50,045 nucleotides of DNA from Promethearchaeota archaeon (GTDB lineage: Archaea; Asgardarchaeota; Lokiarchaeia; Sigyniarchaeales; SOKP01). The position numbers and the translations under genes are program-made. This document shows, in pieces, positions 46,879 through 50,045 of this stretch (its first letter is position 1; every line of letters starts with the position of its first letter). The stretch lies in NCBI GenBank assembly GCA_048938855.1, contig JBHLLT010000018.1, positions 4,347-54,391 of the forward strand. Direction: 5' to 3'. A model generated the notes under the pieces. The model was given only the letters and a program-made list of their open reading frames with translations. It searched no databases and was not told the DNA's origin.

Positions 46879-48830
46879 TCAATATCCTCCATCTTTATTG
46901 CTTTATTTGGGCAAAGTTCTTCACATATCCCACACCCTGAGCATAAATGTGAATCAATATAGGCTTTTTCTTCTCTCTCATCGATCGCAGGGCATAAAAA
47001 TTGTGAATAACATATACCACATCTGTTGCATAAATCTTGGACAACATATCTAATTTCTGGTAATCGCCTTTTAATTGTTTTTTGAATACATTCGTCTTTG
47101 ATAATAATAACATGTAATTCTTTATTTTCCATAACTCGTAATCCAATTTGAAAAATTAACTCTTTTAGCTTCTTAAAATAGCCATCATCTTGCTTATCAT
47201 TATGCTTAATTACATTAAGGTGAGCTCCAGAACTCTCTACTAAATCTTCTATGATTATATTTCTCTTAGAGGATCCTTCTTTATAATAGCGCGTATCACT
47301 GCCTGGATGTGGTTGTTGGCCAGTCATTCCTATCCAACCATTATCTAATATTAAGATTAATATTGGTGCTTTATTATAAACTCCATTTAAAAGTGCTGGA
47401 ATTCCAGAGTGAAAAAAAGTCCCATCTCCTATAATGGCAATATTGAGACTGTCACTTGTATGAGCAACACCTTGAGCTAAAGCTATACTCGATCCCATAC
47501 AATATTTTACATTAGCAAAATTAAAAGGTGGAAGTGCAAGTAGCGTATAACAGCCAATATCCTGGTAGAAATAAACATTTTTTCCAGTTTTAGCTTTAAT
47601 TTTCTTAACAGCCTTTTGTAAAGCATATCCAGTTGTTCTGTGGGGACATCCAGCACACATTACAGGGGTTCTTGGTACTTTTTTATGATCTATCTTATCG
47701 ATTTCCTTTAAATCTATTTTTGATTTTAAATTTGTAATTTTCGCTAATGCTAGGGCAACTTTTGTTGGATTTAACTCTCCTACAAATGGTAATATTGATT
47801 TTTTTTCTGAATAGGAAAAGGGATCTTTGCCATGAACTTTTATATTAAGCCTATTCTTTTGAGCAATAGCAAGAATTTGTGTTTCGAGGTATGGATCATT
47901 CTCTTCGACTATAAACAGCCCTTTAATACGACTAAGAAACTTTAAAATTAATTTCTCAGGTAAAGGATTAATAAATCCAAGCTTTAGTATTGGAACTTCG
48001 AGTTCAAGAAATCTCAAAGCTTCTATTACATACATATACGACACACCGCTTGTTATTATGCCTATATTAAATTCATTTTTAATCTCCCCATTTTCTATTC
48101 TGTTTAGGGAACTATTTTCTGATAAATCTAACGCCCGGTTCATCCTATCATAAATATGGTTTTTCTTCATTTCTAGAAAATAAATTCGTAAAGCAACGTT
48201 TACCTCCTTAGATAAATCAAAATTGTTCTCTAGTTTGGATTTAATTATTTCCCCAATACACACATTACTTCTTGCATGAGAAACCATCGTTACGGTTCTT
48301 AATATAACTGGTAATTTTAATTCCCTAGATAATTTAAATGCTTCTCTCGTAAATTCTAAACATTCTTGAGGATTACTTGGTTCCAATGCAGGAATTTTAA
48401 ATATTTTTAAAAAATTTCGAGAATCCATTTCTACAGCACTAGAATGTTGTTGAGGGTCATCAGCAACTAAAATTACTAAAGCACTACTCTCGTTTTTGGG
48501 ACGTGTAGTTGCTAGAGCCAAGAGAGGATCAGAAGCCACATTCAGCCCTACATTTTTCATACCAACCATAGCTTTAGCTCCTCTTGCATATGCAGCTCCT
48601 GCGATCTCAATCGCAACTTTTTCATTTATACTGCTTTCCACCCATTTCATCCCTATATTTTTAAATATCTCTATAAAGATTTCTCCAACTTCAGAACTTG
48701 GAGTTCCTGGATAAAAAGTATAAACATCAATCCCACTTTCTAAGGAACCACGAACAATTGCTTCATTACCAAGATAAAATTTTTGTTCACCAGGGTTTCC
48801 CATAAAAATTTTTTCATAAATATCTTCCAT
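46875..48830 (-). CDS. iorA: Indolepyruvate:ferredoxin oxidoreductase alpha subunit
   Basis: 'GNEAIVRG', 'YPGTPSSE', 'NEKVA', 'CAGCPHR', 'DIGCY', TPP motif 'GDGTFFHSG..LDN', and two ferredoxin-type Cys motifs. Confidence 0.95.
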   Translation of the reverse strand: MEDIYEKIFMGNPGEQKFYLGNEAIVRGSLESGIDVYTFYPGTPSSEVGEIFIEIFKNIGMKWVESSINEKVAIEIAGAAYARGAKAMVGMKNVGLNVASDPLLALATTRPKNESSALVILVADDPQQHSSAVEMDSRNFLKIFKIPALEPSNPQECLEFTREAFKLSRELKLPVILRTVTMVSHARSNVCIGEIIKSKLENNFDLSKEVNVALRIYFLEMKKNHIYDRMNRALDLSENSSLNRIENGEIKNEFNIGIITSGVSYMYVIEALRFLELEVPILKLGFINPLPEKLILKFLSRIKGLFIVEENDPYLETQILAIAQKNRLNIKVHGKDPFSYSEKKSILPFVGELNPTKVALALAKITNLKSKIDLKEIDKIDHKKVPRTPVMCAGCPHRTTGYALQKAVKKIKAKTGKNVYFYQDIGCYTLLALPPFNFANVKYCMGSSIALAQGVAHTSDSLNIAIIGDGTFFHSGIPALLNGVYNKAPILILILDNGWIGMTGQQPHPGSDTRYYKEGSSKRNIIIEDLVESSGAHLNVIKHNDKQDDGYFKKLKELIFQIGLRVMENKELHVIIIKDECIQKTIKRRLPEIRYVVQDLCNRCGICYSQFLCPAIDEREEKAYIDSHLCSGCGICEELCPNKAIKMEDIE

Positions 48831-48886
48831 GTATTATTTAATTCGTCATTACAAATAGATTTTAATTATTTTTAATTCAATTTAAT

Positions 48887-49006
48887 GTGGATCCAGTTAC
48901 TTTTCTCATTACTTATGGAATATTATTTATTGGTGAATTGGGAGATAAAACTCAATTAATTGTCTTTAATCTTGCTTTAGATTATAAAAATAAAATAATA
49001 AAATAA
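48887..49006 (+). pseudogene. Truncated GDT1/TMEM165 (UPF0016) family fragment
   Basis: GTG frame reads MDPVTFLITYGILFIGELGDKTQLIVFNLALDYKNKIIK*, containing the ExGDKT signature. It stops after 39 aa in an A-rich tract. Confidence 0.7.
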
Positions 49007-49035
49007 TTAAATATTCCAATATCGAAATTATTTAT

Positions 49036-50045
49036 ATGAATAGCTTTGAACGAATCTGGACTGCGTTAAATCTTGAGAAACCCGATAGAATCCCAACTCA
49101 TACCATAAATATTGACGGAAATGTTGCAGATAAGATTTTAGGAAAACCACAAAGAACTGCATTTGATATCTTCAACGAGATGGAACAAGAATATCCAAAT
49201 GACTGGGTTGAAAGAATTAATAAAATTCTAGATGATATTGAAATAAGTGTATTTGCAAAAACAGTCAGGGCGGGCTATGAATTAGGTTTTGATGGCGTTG
49301 GAATACAATATATCCCATTTATTCTTGAAAGTCAAACTGAAATGACAGATATTTTTGGGAAGAGACATAAAGTAAGAAATATTGACGGAAATCCTTACCC
49401 AGATTATTATGGAGGATATATTAAGAATAGAGCAGATTGGGAAGTATATCCTAAACCTGATTTGAAAGAAGAATATAGAAGAGCAAAGAAATTCTATAAA
49501 GGAGTCTTAAGAAAATGCCGTGATATTAAAAATAACATCTGTATTTTTGCACAAAACGCTCTTACTTCGATCTTTCCACCAGTTTGGCAGGGAATGGGAA
49601 TGACTAATTTTGTTCGAGCACTGAAAAATGAACCTAAATTAATTAAAGAACGTTTTAGATATACAACAGACTTTGTTCTAACAGTATTTAAAGCATATTC
49701 AGATTGTGGTGCTAAAATTTTTTTAGAAGGTGGAGATATTGCACATAGTGGAGGTCCAATGATCAATCCAAAGTATTTTAACCAATATTTATTACCCTGT
49801 TATCAAGAAGTAGCAGAAACGATTCATAACTGGGGAGGTAAATATATTTTACATACGGATGGAGATATTACATCTCTCTTAGATTTTATCGTTGAATCTG
49901 GTTTTGATGGACTCCAATGCTTAGAACCTCCATTAGTGGATCCTTATTTGGTTAAAAAGAAAATAGGGGATAAATTATGTTTATCTGGAAATATTGATAC
50001 TAGATATATTTTAGTAAAAGCAAAGAAAGAGGAAGTTATACAAGC
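49036..50045 (+). CDS. Uroporphyrinogen decarboxylase (URO-D)/MtaA-like methyltransferase family protein, 3'-truncated by the window end
   Basis: MNSFERIWTALNLEKPDRIP..., 'GGDIA...PMINPKYFNQYLLP', 'LHTDG', 'GFDGLQCLEP', 'LSGNID'. Missing from the ORF track because no stop falls inside the window. Confidence 0.88.
   Translation, partial: MNSFERIWTALNLEKPDRIPTHTINIDGNVADKILGKPQRTAFDIFNEMEQEYPNDWVERINKILDDIEISVFAKTVRAGYELGFDGVGIQYIPFILESQTEMTDIFGKRHKVRNIDGNPYPDYYGGYIKNRADWEVYPKPDLKEEYRRAKKFYKGVLRKCRDIKNNICIFAQNALTSIFPPVWQGMGMTNFVRALKNEPKLIKERFRYTTDFVLTVFKAYSDCGAKIFLEGGDIAHSGGPMINPKYFNQYLLPCYQEVAETIHNWGGKYILHTDGDITSLLDFIVESGFDGLQCLEPPLVDPYLVKKKIGDKLCLSGNIDTRYILVKAKKEEVIQ

Noticed and set aside
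49494-49766. Minus-strand 90-aa ORF
   Set aside because: Antisense to the URO-D-family gene that runs from 49036 off the window end.

Overview
AT-rich, gene-dense archaeal chromosomal segment. The gene content points to an Asgard archaeon of the Lokiarchaeia/Promethearchaeota type: TFB, IorAB, Rab-like and Arf-like small GTPases, a gelsolin-domain protein, many longin/roadblock-like domains and sequon-rich surface proteins. The taxonomy is inferred from gene content, not from a database search. I found no rRNA, tRNA, CRISPR array or transposase. The standout feature is a ~9 kb divergent signalling island (23980-33180). Its plus arm is a tightly packed 10-gene cluster: Arf-like GTPase fused to a longin/roadblock-like domain, a uDENN-like protein, two distantly paralogous 7TM proteins, a stand-alone longin/roadblock-like protein, three small proteins (two of them paralogues that flank TFB and the receiver), an extra TFB and an orphan CheY-like receiver. 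Its minus arm carries two winged-helix/pseudo-methyltransferase paralogues and a PAS-only protein. Together these look like a candidate 7TM-receptor/G-protein-like pathway wired to basal transcription. Other notable items are three mosaic single-pass 'ectodomain-TM-longin' receptors, a membrane-anchored caspase-like protease with a CUB-like insert, a sulfatase-MFS cluster, an orphan N6-adenine methyltransferase, an ArsR-ARPP-1 pair with a clear operator, and small ORFs or gene remnants missed by the ORF track.
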